Shown: positions 29,837 through 40,060, numbered from the stretch's first letter. The stretch is 49,938 nucleotides of DNA from Pseudomonadota bacterium (GCA_043825875.1 JBDRRF010000060.1:1-49938), one strand, 5' to 3'. Notes: generated from the letters alone by a model not told the origin. Numbers and translations: made by a program.

Positions 29837-29987
29837 GACTGCAACCTGTATTTCCTTGATCTTTTCAAGTTATTAATACTATCAGTATGCTTGAAGCTAC
29901 TATGTTAAACTTTTCAAACGATATACATATAATATAACTATATAATCCAATTAATAATATTATGCAATAATCCATTTTAACCGTTTC

Positions 29988-30130
29988 GAGCCACTTTCAA
30001 AACGTTTCAGTTTGGTCAAGCTCAAGGCGGGAGAAAATTTTAACCGCAGAAATATATGGCGTATTTCGAGAATTAAAATTTGAGCCCAACGCTTAAGATC
30101 GGCCAAAATGGGGCGTTTTGAAACTGGCTC
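29988..30130 (+). mobile_element. 143-bp MITE copy 4
   Basis: Same element, more diverged internally; 4-bp direct repeat TTTC. Confidence 0.9.
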
Positions 30131-30438
30131 TTTCGTATAATGTTATTTATCAGCTTATATGGACAAAAAAATTTTATGCTGATCTCCCCTTGATATGAAC
30201 CTGTATGTTTTGAAAAGAGTTATGGCAGCATTCTTTTATCTTGACATTTATAACCGCTTAAGCTTAAAAAACCTATCTGGTCTGTCTTGTTTGAGCTTTA
30301 TATTTTGCTCCAAGATAATGATTTATCTAAGATATCAGGAACAGCAGAATTTCTTGAAATTTACCGGTTCTCTGGTTGTTTGTAATCGGATTCGCATTTT
30401 GCTGTTGTGATATATTTTTTAGTTCAGGAGGAATGATT

Positions 30439-30915
30439 ATGGGAGAAGAAAGCGCAGGAGCTCTCAAGGAAACTTTGGAATTTTACTCAGGAAAGAGAAG
30501 CGAACTGATCCCCATTTTGCAGGAAGCACAAGGAATTTATGGTTATCTCCCTGAGGAAGCGATTCAGATAATAGCTGAATTTTTAACAATTACATTGGGT
30601 GAAGTTTATTCCGTAGCATCTTTTTATAACCAGTTTCGTTTAATACCTCTGGGAAGAAATACGGTAACAATATGCCGTGGCACTGCCTGCCATATTCGTG
30701 GGGCCCCACAAATAGTTGACGAAATAGGGGAAGTGCTCAATTTAAAAGAGGGTGAAACATCAGAAGATATGGAATATACCCTTGAAACCGTTGCCTGTAT
30801 TGGTTGTTGCGCACTGGCTCCCTGTGTTAAGGTTAATCATAAAATTCATGGTTGCCTGGAACCGGGACAGGCTAAAGGACTTTTCAACATTGCACCTCGG
30901 GTTGAAAGTAATTAA
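30439..30915 (+). CDS. NuoE/HoxE/HndA-like thioredoxin-fold [2Fe-2S] subunit
   Basis: LIPILQEAQGIYGYL, VASFY, CRGTACH, CIGCCALAP; AGGAGG RBS before ATG 30439. Confidence 0.92.
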   Translation: MGEESAGALKETLEFYSGKRSELIPILQEAQGIYGYLPEEAIQIIAEFLTITLGEVYSVASFYNQFRLIPLGRNTVTICRGTACHIRGAPQIVDEIGEVLNLKEGETSEDMEYTLETVACIGCCALAPCVKVNHKIHGCLEPGQAKGLFNIAPRVESN

Positions 30916-30932
30916 CAAGGAGAAACTTACAT

Positions 30933-31574
30933 ATGGAAAAAGTTACTCTTACAATAGACGATAAAGAGATAATTACCGATAAGGAATCAAATATACTAGT
31001 AGCGGCTTTGGAAAATGGTATTTATATACCCCATCTTTGCTATTACTCAGGGCTGGAACCACCCGGCATTTGCAGGCTGTGTGTGGTCGATGTTTCCGGT
31101 GATATAGTTTTTTCCTGCCGGTCAACAGTAAAAGAAGGAATGGTTGTTAAGACAAGAAGCCCCGTAGTAGATAAGATACGCGAGGTAAATTTTGAGATTA
31201 TAATGTCAAACAACCATATGTCCTGCAAAGGTTGTGCAGCAACCGGTTTTTGTGAAGTGCAAAAAATAATGGCTTTTTGCAAAACCGACAAAAAAAGAGT
31301 TCGCAGGTTAAGACCACCTGAAAAACAGTTTCCTATAGATGAATCAAATCCGTGCTTTGATTATGATGCCAACAAATGCGTGCTTTGTGAAGTTTGCATA
31401 GGAACCTGCAATAAAATACAAAAAGCTTTAAATTTAGTAGGCCGTGGATGGAAAACCAAGGTAGAATTCCACGGAGATACATCAATATGTGAAAATTGCG
31501 GTGATTGTGTTGCAAGATGTCCCGTAGGCGCTCTTGTGCCAAAAGGCAAGGCTCAAATCCAAAAATCAGCATAG
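30933..31574 (+). CDS. HoxU/NuoG-N-terminal-like Fe-S subunit (2Fe-2S + His-ligated 4Fe-4S + 2x4Fe-4S)
   Basis: IPHLC...GICRLC...C; H..CKGC.....C; CVLCEVCIGTC; CENCGDCVARCPVGAL; no catalytic domain. Confidence 0.88.
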   Translation: MEKVTLTIDDKEIITDKESNILVAALENGIYIPHLCYYSGLEPPGICRLCVVDVSGDIVFSCRSTVKEGMVVKTRSPVVDKIREVNFEIIMSNNHMSCKGCAATGFCEVQKIMAFCKTDKKRVRRLRPPEKQFPIDESNPCFDYDANKCVLCEVCIGTCNKIQKALNLVGRGWKTKVEFHGDTSICENCGDCVARCPVGALVPKGKAQIQKSA

Positions 31575-31622
31575 TTTTTATTAATAGTATATTTGCTGAT
31601 TTATTTAATACCGTTTCTTATA

Positions 31623-31668
31623 AATAAAGCGCTGTCGATAAATAATTGATTATCGGCAGCGCTTTATT
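31623..31668. terminator. Long hairpin terminator
   Basis: AATAAAGCGCTGTCGATAA / TTATCGGCAGCGCTTTATT. Confidence 0.8.
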
Positions 31669-31751
31669 GTTTTATACCTTTTCGTATAATGCTCCTCGAA
31701 ATCCCATAACTAAATTAATATAATAAGTAATTTGACAACCCTTTTTTTCTG

Positions 31752-31781
31752 TTGACATTTTATTTATGGCTTGTGTATGAT
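31752..31781 (+). promoter_or_regulatory. Sigma-70-type promoter for the riboswitch leader
   Basis: TTGACA-N18-TATGAT just upstream of the aptamer. Confidence 0.6.
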
Positions 31782-31796
31782 CGAAAAAAAAATAAT

Positions 31797-31980
31797 TTTA
31801 GGGATGTTTGGTGCACGGAATACGGTTTAAATCCGTAACGGTCCCGCCGCTGTAACCCTGCCGCTTAATAAGCGGAACCCTTTTAGCATTGTTGAGCCAC
31901 TGTTCTGACAGACCGAAAAGGTCTCTTGTGATGGGAAGGCGGCTTAAAGGGCGGGGAAGTCAGAAGACGAGCTGAATATC
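31797..31980 (+). ncRNA. Cobalamin (AdoCbl) riboswitch
   Basis: GGAA-TACGGTTTAAATCCGTA-ACGGTCCCGCCGCTGTAA, GCCACTG, GGGAAGGC and B12-box AAGTCAGAAGAC; upstream of cobamide genes. Confidence 0.93.
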
Positions 31981-32004
31981 ACATGTTTCAAAGAACTTGA
32001 TGGC

Positions 32005-32048
32005 AAAGGGTTCTGGTAGGCAACATCGCCTGTCGGAGCCCTTTTTTT
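32005..32048 (+). terminator. Riboswitch expression-platform terminator
   Basis: GGGTTCTGGTAGGC / GCCTGTCGGAGCCC stem followed by T7, between aptamer and start codon. Confidence 0.85.
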
Positions 32049-32087
32049 ATTTCCGGCGGGGTAAATCCATTGTATATAGGTGAGGAT

Positions 32088-33410
32088 ATGAAAACCCAGA
32101 TTGAAAAAGCAAGAGAAGGCATTATCACAGAAGAAATCAAAAAAGTTGCATCGGATGAAGGTTTATCTGATGAAATCGTCAGACAAAGGGTTGCATTAGG
32201 TGAAATTGTAATTTCAAGCCACCCTAAGCGCAAAAATCAGAAAATAGTTGGAATAGGAAAAGGATTAAGAACAAAGGTCAATGCTTCAATCGGCACATCT
32301 TCAGATATTTGTGATATTGATGCAGAAGTCCGAAAGGCTATTGCAGCAGAAGAAGAAGGCGCTGATACGCTTATGGAGCTTTCCGCAGGTGGAGATCTTG
32401 ATGCAATCCGACGGGCCGTACTTGCAAATACAAATCTTGCGGTCGGAAATGTGCCATTATATCAGGCATTCAAGGAAACTACCGCAAAATATGCAAATCC
32501 GGGCAAACTTGATCCTGAATATCTGTTTGATCTGATCGAAAAACAGCTTGATGACGGAATCAGTTTCATGGCTATTCATTGCGGCATAAATCAATATACT
32601 ATTGAACGCTTAAGAAAACAGGGATACCGCTACGGAGGTCTTGTTTCAAAGGGCGGCACTTACATGGTCGCCTGGATGGATATAAACAAAAAGGAAAACC
32701 CTTTATACGAGCAGTTTGATCGTGTATGCGCTTTGATGAAAAAATATGATGCAGTACTTTCTCTTGGAAACGGCATCAGGGCCGGAGCTATTCACGACAG
32801 TCATGACAGGGCTCAGATGGCAGAAATGATCATAAATTGTGAACTTGCCGAGTTGGGACGTAAAATGGGTTGCCAGATGATGGTGGAAGGCCCGGGGCAT
32901 GTGCCACTTGATGAAATCGAAGGAAACATAATGCTGGAAAAGCGAATGAGCGGAAACGCCCCATATTATGTTCTTGGCCCTCTCCCGCTTGATACCGGTG
33001 CCGGATATGATCATATAGTTGCAGCTATTGGAGCTGCCAATTCAGCCCGTTTCGGTGCAGATCTGGTATGCTACATCACACCAGCAGAGCACCTTGCACT
33101 TCCCAATGAACAAGATGTACGGGAAGGTGTTCGGGCAACCCGCCTTGCAGTTCGTATAGGCGATATATCAAAATATCCCGATAGGCGCGACAGAGAAAAA
33201 GAAGCCGCAATGGCAAGACGTGACATGCGCTGGGATGATCTTGAAAAATTGCTCATGTTTCCCGATAAGGCAAGAGAGGTCCGTCAGAGCAGGGCACCTG
33301 AAAATACACAAACCTGTTCCATGTGCGGCGATTTCTGCGCCATGAAAAAAGGTATGGAAGTTTTTTCAAACGATATAGGCGGCGATAAGATTTCATGTGC
33401 AGGAAAATAA
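32088..33410 (+). CDS. bzaF: 5-hydroxybenzimidazole synthase (ThiC paralog)
   Basis: ThiC-family motifs (KVNASIGTS, MVEGPGH, YITPAEHL, CSMCGDFC); cobalamin riboswitch upstream and cobT downstream favour BzaF over ThiC. Confidence 0.85.
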   Translation: MKTQIEKAREGIITEEIKKVASDEGLSDEIVRQRVALGEIVISSHPKRKNQKIVGIGKGLRTKVNASIGTSSDICDIDAEVRKAIAAEEEGADTLMELSAGGDLDAIRRAVLANTNLAVGNVPLYQAFKETTAKYANPGKLDPEYLFDLIEKQLDDGISFMAIHCGINQYTIERLRKQGYRYGGLVSKGGTYMVAWMDINKKENPLYEQFDRVCALMKKYDAVLSLGNGIRAGAIHDSHDRAQMAEMIINCELAELGRKMGCQMMVEGPGHVPLDEIEGNIMLEKRMSGNAPYYVLGPLPLDTGAGYDHIVAAIGAANSARFGADLVCYITPAEHLALPNEQDVREGVRATRLAVRIGDISKYPDRRDREKEAAMARRDMRWDDLEKLLMFPDKAREVRQSRAPENTQTCSMCGDFCAMKKGMEVFSNDIGGDKISCAGK

Positions 33411-33456
33411 TTTTGGAACAATATACAAATTAGTTTATCACTGTATAATGGTTAGA

Positions 33457-33516
33457 GGATTCAAGCAAGATTCTTAATAAACACTTGAACCCTCGAATCC
33501 TGGAATCCTTGAACCC
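33457..33516. repeat. Octamer tandem repeat with inverted partner
   Basis: TTGAACCC TCGAATCC TGGAATCC TTGAACCC (33485-33516) and inverted GGATTCAAG (33457-33465). Confidence 0.7.
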
Positions 33517-33546
33517 TTTTTTTAAAACAACCAAAAGGCAAAAGCT

Positions 33547-34608
33547 ATGGACAAACTTAATAAAGCAATAAATTCTATTTGCTCTCCGGATTCATCATTT
33601 TACAATGCGGCTCTTGAGCGTCTTGCTCAGCAGGCGCGTCCGGCAGGGAGCCTTGGTGTTTTAGAAAATTTATCGGCAAGGCTTGCAGGTATTGCAAAGA
33701 CAATTGATGTACGATTGAAAAGAAAAGTTATAATTACATGCGCCGGAGATCATGGAGTTGTGGCGGAAGGGGTTAGCCTTTTTCCTCAGGAAGTAACGCC
33801 TCAGATGGTTTATAATTTTGTTAACGGAGGCGCATCAATCAATGTGCTTGCCCGTCATGCAGGTGCAGAGGTAAAGGTTGCAGATCTTGGAGTTAACCAT
33901 GATTTTGAAAAAGATCTTCCCATTTTCCATAAAAAAATCAGAAAAGGCACTTCAAACATAGCTGTGGGCCCTGCAATGTCAAGGCAGGAGGCTGTGAGTT
34001 CAATTGAAGCCGGGATCGATATTGTTGATGAGCTTCTTAAAAAAGGCCTTGTTGATATTTTAGGCACCGGTGACATGGGTATCGGCAATACTACTCCTTC
34101 TACTGCTGTTGTTGCTGTAATATCAGGTGTTGCTGTGGAAAAGCTGACAGGCCGGGGAACCGGCATTGGCGATGAAGCACTTCAAAATAAGATTAAAGTA
34201 ATTAAAAAAGCGATAAAAGTTAACAAACCCGACCCCAAAGACGCCATTGATATACTTTCCAAAGTAGGCGGTTTTGAAATCGGCGGTCTTGCCGGGCTTG
34301 TTCTTGGTGCTGCTGCAAACGGTATACCTGTTGTATGTGACGGACTTATATCCACAGCAGGAGCCTTGATTGCCACAAATCTTGCTCCTTTGGCAAAAGG
34401 ATATCTTTTTGCAAGCCACCGCTCTGTTGAAATTGGTCATGGTTATATGCATGAATTACTTGGTGTTGAGCCTATTCTTGATTTAAAATTTCGCCTGGGT
34501 GAAGGAACCGGAGCTGCTGTTGCAATAGAATTGCTGGATGCTTCAACCCGCATTCTTGCAGATATAAAGACTTTTGAAGAAGTTTCGATAATAAATGCCC
34601 AGATATAA
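33547..34608 (+). CDS. cobT: Nicotinate-nucleotide-dimethylbenzimidazole phosphoribosyltransferase
   Basis: GSLGVLE, AGDHGVVAEGVS, GDMGIGNTT, GGFEIG, RLGEGTGA. Confidence 0.97.
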   Translation: MDKLNKAINSICSPDSSFYNAALERLAQQARPAGSLGVLENLSARLAGIAKTIDVRLKRKVIITCAGDHGVVAEGVSLFPQEVTPQMVYNFVNGGASINVLARHAGAEVKVADLGVNHDFEKDLPIFHKKIRKGTSNIAVGPAMSRQEAVSSIEAGIDIVDELLKKGLVDILGTGDMGIGNTTPSTAVVAVISGVAVEKLTGRGTGIGDEALQNKIKVIKKAIKVNKPDPKDAIDILSKVGGFEIGGLAGLVLGAAANGIPVVCDGLISTAGALIATNLAPLAKGYLFASHRSVEIGHGYMHELLGVEPILDLKFRLGEGTGAAVAIELLDASTRILADIKTFEEVSIINAQI

Positions 34609-36238
34609 AAACCCTGATAAAATGCCTGATATTCCGTTTTGCCATACCGACCTGGCTCATGAGGATTTCCAGTACCTTGAGGATCTTTCAACTGCCTACT
34701 GGTATTCTGAAGTGCTTTTTGCTGCGATAAAGCTTGGTCTTTTTGGGTTTCTTGAAAATGGAACTTCATCTGTTGACAAGCTTGCAATTGCGGCATCGTG
34801 TAACAAAGAAGAACTGCACCGATTACTTAAGGCTATGGAAAAGCTGGCATTGGTTTGTCACGATAATGGCTTGTGGTTTAACAGTCAGGTCGCGCATATG
34901 TTTCTTGTGCCAGGTCAGCCTTCGTACATGGGAGAGTTTTTTCTGTACAGAAAATATATGCAACCTCAGTGGCAATCTATTGCAAAAAAAGTTTCGATCA
35001 ATAAAGAGGATGAAACCACCCGGAACGATAATAAGATAATTTCGGAAGAAGATGAGTATGCATTAAAAAATCTTAATTATGTTATGACTGCCGATGTGCT
35101 GATACAACAAAAGAACAAAGAGATTGTCAGTCTTCTTAAATCCTTTTCGTGGCAACTGCCTCTTCTGGATATCGGTGGAGGTGCCGGGTCGCTGGGTCGC
35201 GCATTAATCAAGTCGAAAATAAATGATACAAAACAACAATTAGATGAAATTCCTGTCTCAATATTATTTGAATTACCTGAAGTTATTAATGCAGCAGAAA
35301 AACTTTATTCAGATAGAGATGAGTGGCAATACTTTGAAAGCATGGAAGGAGATTTCCGGCTTCATGAATTTAAGGGGAGTAAGAAATTCGGTCTTATTAT
35401 TATGAGCAATTTCCTTCATGCTTACGGGAATAAAGAGGCACATGAATTATTCCTCAAGGCTGCAAGTTTGCTTCAAAAAGAAGGAATGATACTTATTCAT
35501 GATTATTTTCCGGATCGGAGCGGACGCAATCCGCAAAAAGGGACATTATATGATCTGAATATGATGTTAAATACTTATAATGGAACCTGCCATGAAAGCT
35601 CAACCATAAAGGATTGGCTTCAAGAAGCGGGTTTTAACAGTATTAAGGTTATTGATCTTGGCACGGATACTTCCATTATTTTAGCTGCACAAAATCAATT
35701 TCAATACAATTTACCCATTGATATACATGAAAAGACATATCTTGATGAATGGGTATATGCAGCTGTTGATGAAGGATTTAAAAAAGCTGTTATTCTTCCT
35801 GTAGCAAAGATAGCAACAGGTTCATGGGTAAGACAAAAATGCAGGTTCGGATGCAGTGAATTCGGGAAAAAGCTTCAATGCCCACCATATTCGATAGACA
35901 ATCGTGAAACGGAAGAGATGCTTAAATCTTATTCATGGTGCATGCTGGTGGAAGATATGCCACCCGGAAGTAAATTCCATAAAAAACTTTTAAACCTTGA
36001 AAAAAAACTTTTTCTGGCGGGATTTCATAAAGCCTTTTCATTTGGTGCAGGGCCCTGCCCTGTTTGCAAAAAATGTCCTGAAGATAATATTTGCCTTCAT
36101 CCTGATCTTGCGCGTCCCTCCATGGAGGCTTCAGGCATTGATGTTTACGAAACAGCCAAAGCAGCTGGAATCACCATTAAACCGGTATCGGAAAAAGGCC
36201 GTTATGTGAAATATATTGGTCTTTTACTTCTGGAGTAA
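34595..36238 (+). CDS. bzaC: O-methyltransferase with C-terminal DUF2284 Cys-rich domain (BzaC-like)
   Basis: Dimerisation domain, LLDIGGGAG; C-terminal KCRFGC...CPP...GPCPVCKKC...C...RPSMEASGIDV; position after cobT. Confidence 0.8.
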   Translation: MPRYKNPDKMPDIPFCHTDLAHEDFQYLEDLSTAYWYSEVLFAAIKLGLFGFLENGTSSVDKLAIAASCNKEELHRLLKAMEKLALVCHDNGLWFNSQVAHMFLVPGQPSYMGEFFLYRKYMQPQWQSIAKKVSINKEDETTRNDNKIISEEDEYALKNLNYVMTADVLIQQKNKEIVSLLKSFSWQLPLLDIGGGAGSLGRALIKSKINDTKQQLDEIPVSILFELPEVINAAEKLYSDRDEWQYFESMEGDFRLHEFKGSKKFGLIIMSNFLHAYGNKEAHELFLKAASLLQKEGMILIHDYFPDRSGRNPQKGTLYDLNMMLNTYNGTCHESSTIKDWLQEAGFNSIKVIDLGTDTSIILAAQNQFQYNLPIDIHEKTYLDEWVYAAVDEGFKKAVILPVAKIATGSWVRQKCRFGCSEFGKKLQCPPYSIDNRETEEMLKSYSWCMLVEDMPPGSKFHKKLLNLEKKLFLAGFHKAFSFGAGPCPVCKKCPEDNICLHPDLARPSMEASGIDVYETAKAAGITIKPVSEKGRYVKYIGLLLLE

Positions 36239-36244
36239 ATTTAA

Positions 36245-37597
36245 GTGAAAATACTATTCGTACAGGTTCCAACTTCCCATCTTGGCGCAAAAGAACGTGT
36301 TTATCCTCTGGGCTTATCACGTCTGGCTGCTATTGCACCTTCAGGTTTTGAAAAATCTGCTCTTGATATGAACCTTTATCCAGACCCCTGGCCAAAATTA
36401 AAAGATAAACTGGGAAGTATTAAACCTGATATCGTAGCCCTGTCTTTCAGAAATATCGATCCTCTGGCTGGACAACAAACATCTTATCTGTCTTCACTTA
36501 AAACATCGGCTGTACTTACCAGATTGATTGTACCAAATGCTGTTATCATTGCAGGCGGCCCTGCTTTTACTCTTTTTGCAAAACGTCTGATTGAAGAAAT
36601 TCCTGAGATCGACTTTGGTTTATGCGGTGAAGGCGAGCTTGCTTTTGCACAAATATTGTCAAGCTTTCCTGACATTAAATCTGTGCCGGGAATTGTATGG
36701 CGAAAAGAAGAAGAAATTATATATAATCCTAACGGGCCTTTTATATCAATGGATGAAATTCCGTATATTGAAACAACAAGTTTTTCTCCCAAAGATTATG
36801 CCGAAGGCAACCTTTATGTTGCTGCAATGGGCATAGAAGGCAAACGTGGATGTGATTTAAAATGCGGTTATTGCCTCTATCCGCGTTTAGGTGGCAGCAG
36901 GATGAGACTCAGGAATCCTGCGATAATCGCAAATGAGATGGAAAAACTTAATAAAGATTGGGGCATAAAATTATTCCATTTCACAGATCCTGTCTTAAAC
37001 CGTCCACAAGACCATTTTGAGATCATTTGCAAAGAAATTATAAAACGAAAGCTTGATGTGAGCTGGACCGGGTTTTTCAGGGAAGACACATTTACCGAGC
37101 ACAATGCCGAGCTTGCACAAAAAGCCGGGCTTGTTGCATGTTATTTTTCTGCAGATGCCCTTACATCTCACGGGTTAAGTCTTCTTGGCAAGGCGCTTAC
37201 AAAAGATGATATCCTTCGGGCATCAAAAATTACAGTAAAACACAATATTCTTACCATGTGCCATTTTCTTGTAAATCTTCCTTTTGAGACAAAAGAACAT
37301 ATAAAAGAAGCAAAGGAAATGATGGATAAAATACTTGATATACATGCAGTATGTGGGAATCTTGGGGCGATTATTCTTAACACAATACGATTGTATCCCG
37401 GTGCCAGACTGACAAACAAGCTAATAGAAAGCGGCCTTATCGATTCAGAGATCGACCTTTTATACCCGGTATACTATAATCCCCAAAATACTTCTTATGT
37501 GCTTCATGAGCTTGAAGCAAAGTGCCATGAGGCTGGTGTTTTATCAAGATTAAATATAAACGCAGCTTGCAAAGGTTTAAAGGCATTGTTGCAATGA
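36245..37597 (+). CDS. bzaD: B12-binding radical SAM methyltransferase (BzaD-like)
   Basis: YPLGL, SFRNID B12-binding domain; RGCDLKCGYCLYP CxxxCxxC motif; operon position. Confidence 0.75.
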   Translation: MKILFVQVPTSHLGAKERVYPLGLSRLAAIAPSGFEKSALDMNLYPDPWPKLKDKLGSIKPDIVALSFRNIDPLAGQQTSYLSSLKTSAVLTRLIVPNAVIIAGGPAFTLFAKRLIEEIPEIDFGLCGEGELAFAQILSSFPDIKSVPGIVWRKEEEIIYNPNGPFISMDEIPYIETTSFSPKDYAEGNLYVAAMGIEGKRGCDLKCGYCLYPRLGGSRMRLRNPAIIANEMEKLNKDWGIKLFHFTDPVLNRPQDHFEIICKEIIKRKLDVSWTGFFREDTFTEHNAELAQKAGLVACYFSADALTSHGLSLLGKALTKDDILRASKITVKHNILTMCHFLVNLPFETKEHIKEAKEMMDKILDIHAVCGNLGAIILNTIRLYPGARLTNKLIESGLIDSEIDLLYPVYYNPQNTSYVLHELEAKCHEAGVLSRLNINAACKGLKALLQ

Positions 37598-39111
37598 ATA
37601 TATGTATACTTGAACATCCCAGAGTTCGATCAAAAGAAAGATTTAATGATATTGCCAATACCCCGCTGTGGTCATGTCTTATGGGAGGTTATGCTGCTTC
37701 AAGCCTAAGACATGCCGGACACGATGTGTGCTTGATGGACACAACAATATCCGGCTGGGATTTTGAAAAGACAAAACAGGAAATTTTAAAATTATCTCCG
37801 GATATGCTTTGTGTGAATGCCGTTTATTTCTGGGAACACACCGGTCTTGTTTTTGAACTTTTAAATAATCTTAAAAAAGACGGCTTTTGTGGCCATATTA
37901 CATTGTTTGGTTTTTTCCCCACACTTGCTTACGCAGCAATTCTTAAAAACATTGCTTCCGTTGATTCTGTTGTGGTGGGTGAAAGTGAAATAACACTAGT
38001 AGAACTTTCTGAAGCTCTTTCAAAACACAAATCTCTGTCAGGCATATCCGGACTTTGTATACGAACCGATAAGGGAATTACAATTTCAAAACAACGCAGC
38101 CCGGAACAAAACATAGACAAATTTTATTTTCCTGAAAGAACGAATCTTACCGATCAGACAGCCTCCATTCTTGCAAGCCGTGGATGTTACAACCACTGCG
38201 CTTTTTGCCTTGTCCCGTCGTTTTATAATAACGGGCCGTTGTGGCGCGGAAGATCACCGGAAAATATTTATCAGGAAATATCTGAGCTTGCAGACAAAGG
38301 ATTTAATGATTTTTATTTTGTTGATCCTAATTTTATCGGTCCAGGGAAAAAAGGCAAAGAGCGCATTTATAAACTGATGGAGCTGATCCGTCCACTAAAA
38401 ATAAGTTTCGGCATGGAAACAAGACCGAATGATCTTGATCCCGATATTTTAGATAGTCTTATCTCTTCCGGGTTCAAAACTCTTCTTCTCGGTATTGAAA
38501 GCGGTTCGACCTCTGTACTTGGGAACTTAAACAAAGGCGCATCCATTAATTCAAGTGAGAGCGCAATAAGAATATGCCGTGATGCCGGAATTGAACCTGA
38601 AATAGGGTTTCTGATGTTTGTGCCTGACAGTACGCTTGATGACTTAAAACATAATTTTGAATTTCTGCAAAAAAACAATCTGCTTGACCGTCTCGAAAGA
38701 ACAGCAAATCTGTTATCGCATCGCCAGTTAGTGCTTATGGGGACTTCGGGTTACAAGATGTTTGAAAAGCAGGGCAGACTTAAAAAAGCGGGGGTGCTTG
38801 GTTTTGAAGGAGAAGTATCATACCAGGATAACAGGGTCAAATGGGTATCCGATCTCATGATTCATGCATGTCTTTTTGTGCTGGAAAATATGGAACAACC
38901 GGAGTCTCCCATATACTGGCAACTTTGCGAAAACGAAGAAAAAAGAAGTATTGAGTTTATTAAAACAAATGACTGCCTGGTGGACTTGTTCAAACGGCTT
39001 CTTTCCGATGCCGGTAAAAGCGCTTTGCTATCGCCTGTTTCTATAATGAAAGAAGATATAGAAATAGAGTTGCTAAGTATTATTAATTTAAATTCTTTTC
39101 CTTCATCATAA
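37594..39111 (+). CDS. bzaE: B12-binding radical SAM protein (BzaE-like)
   Basis: N-terminal B12-binding-like domain, SRGCYNHCAFC, FVDPNF, LGIESGS; ATGA overlap with the previous gene. Confidence 0.72.
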   Translation: MNICILEHPRVRSKERFNDIANTPLWSCLMGGYAASSLRHAGHDVCLMDTTISGWDFEKTKQEILKLSPDMLCVNAVYFWEHTGLVFELLNNLKKDGFCGHITLFGFFPTLAYAAILKNIASVDSVVVGESEITLVELSEALSKHKSLSGISGLCIRTDKGITISKQRSPEQNIDKFYFPERTNLTDQTASILASRGCYNHCAFCLVPSFYNNGPLWRGRSPENIYQEISELADKGFNDFYFVDPNFIGPGKKGKERIYKLMELIRPLKISFGMETRPNDLDPDILDSLISSGFKTLLLGIESGSTSVLGNLNKGASINSSESAIRICRDAGIEPEIGFLMFVPDSTLDDLKHNFEFLQKNNLLDRLERTANLLSHRQLVLMGTSGYKMFEKQGRLKKAGVLGFEGEVSYQDNRVKWVSDLMIHACLFVLENMEQPESPIYWQLCENEEKRSIEFIKTNDCLVDLFKRLLSDAGKSALLSPVSIMKEDIEIELLSIINLNSFPSS

Positions 39112-39235
39112 TATCGCTGATAATCTAAATTCAAATTATAAGTTATTGACTTTCAAGTAATCCATATTAAAATAGAAAAAAATAAAATAAAGCACAATCT
39201 AAATACGGATTTGATAAATAATAATGGAGGCTCTT

Positions 39236-40060
39236 ATGAAAAAGGTGTATTTGCTTTTGGTCGTTATTCTTATCCTTTTGGTTTCTGCACCATTAAATGC
39301 CGAAACGCCGGATGTCAATGCTATAATTGAAAAGGTGAAAAAATCATGGGATGTTCGCCCTGTATCTTTTAAAGTTAAAATTGTTGTTAAGGAGGGCGAG
39401 CGTGTTACCGGAGAAATGGTAGCCGGAGCAGCCCATAAGCGTTTTCCGGATGGAAGAAGGCTGCTGATAGTTATTCTTGAACCGGAAAGTATGAAAGGAG
39501 TATCATATCTGCTTAATAGTTCTGATACAAAACAGTCTGAGCAATGGATGTATTTTCCTTATCTTGGCAGAGTAAGAAAAATTGATGGTGCCAGCAACTA
39601 TGAAAGCTTTTTAAGCACCGATTTTACTTATGCAGATCTTGCACTGATAGACTCTCAAAGTGAAAAATTTAATTATATCGGAGAAGGTGAGATAAACGGT
39701 ATAAAGGCATATAAAATCGAATCTATAAGTAAAAGTTCAAATTATTATTATTCCAAAATTATTTATTGGATTGCAAAAGATACTTTACAGATCCTTAGCC
39801 GGGATTATTATTCACCGAATAACAGCCTTTGGAAGAGAAAATTATATGAGAATTACACTGTTATTAACGGATTAACCATTCCTCTTCGTATTAGCGTTAA
39901 GGATCTTCAGCACAATACCAGCACGGAACTTAACTTTAGCGAAATAGATGCTGATATAACACTTCCAGACGAAATATTTGTGCCCACACAATTGAAATAC
40001 TCTTTAAAATGCCCTGTTTGGCAAAAAGTATGTTACCCGCAGGATGTTTTCATTAAATAG
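39236..40060 (+). CDS. Outer-membrane lipoprotein-sorting (LolA-like) periplasmic protein, paralog 1
   Basis: Signal peptide; QWMYFPYLGRVRKI, SFLSTDFTYADL motifs. Confidence 0.85.
   Translation: MKKVYLLLVVILILLVSAPLNAETPDVNAIIEKVKKSWDVRPVSFKVKIVVKEGERVTGEMVAGAAHKRFPDGRRLLIVILEPESMKGVSYLLNSSDTKQSEQWMYFPYLGRVRKIDGASNYESFLSTDFTYADLALIDSQSEKFNYIGEGEINGIKAYKIESISKSSNYYYSKIIYWIAKDTLQILSRDYYSPNNSLWKRKLYENYTVINGLTIPLRISVKDLQHNTSTELNFSEIDADITLPDEIFVPTQLKYSLKCPVWQKVCYPQDVFIK

Noticed and set aside
32088..33410. Annotation as thiamine biosynthesis thiC
   Set aside because: Leader is a cobalamin riboswitch, not TPP, and the neighbours are cobT and bzaCDE-like genes
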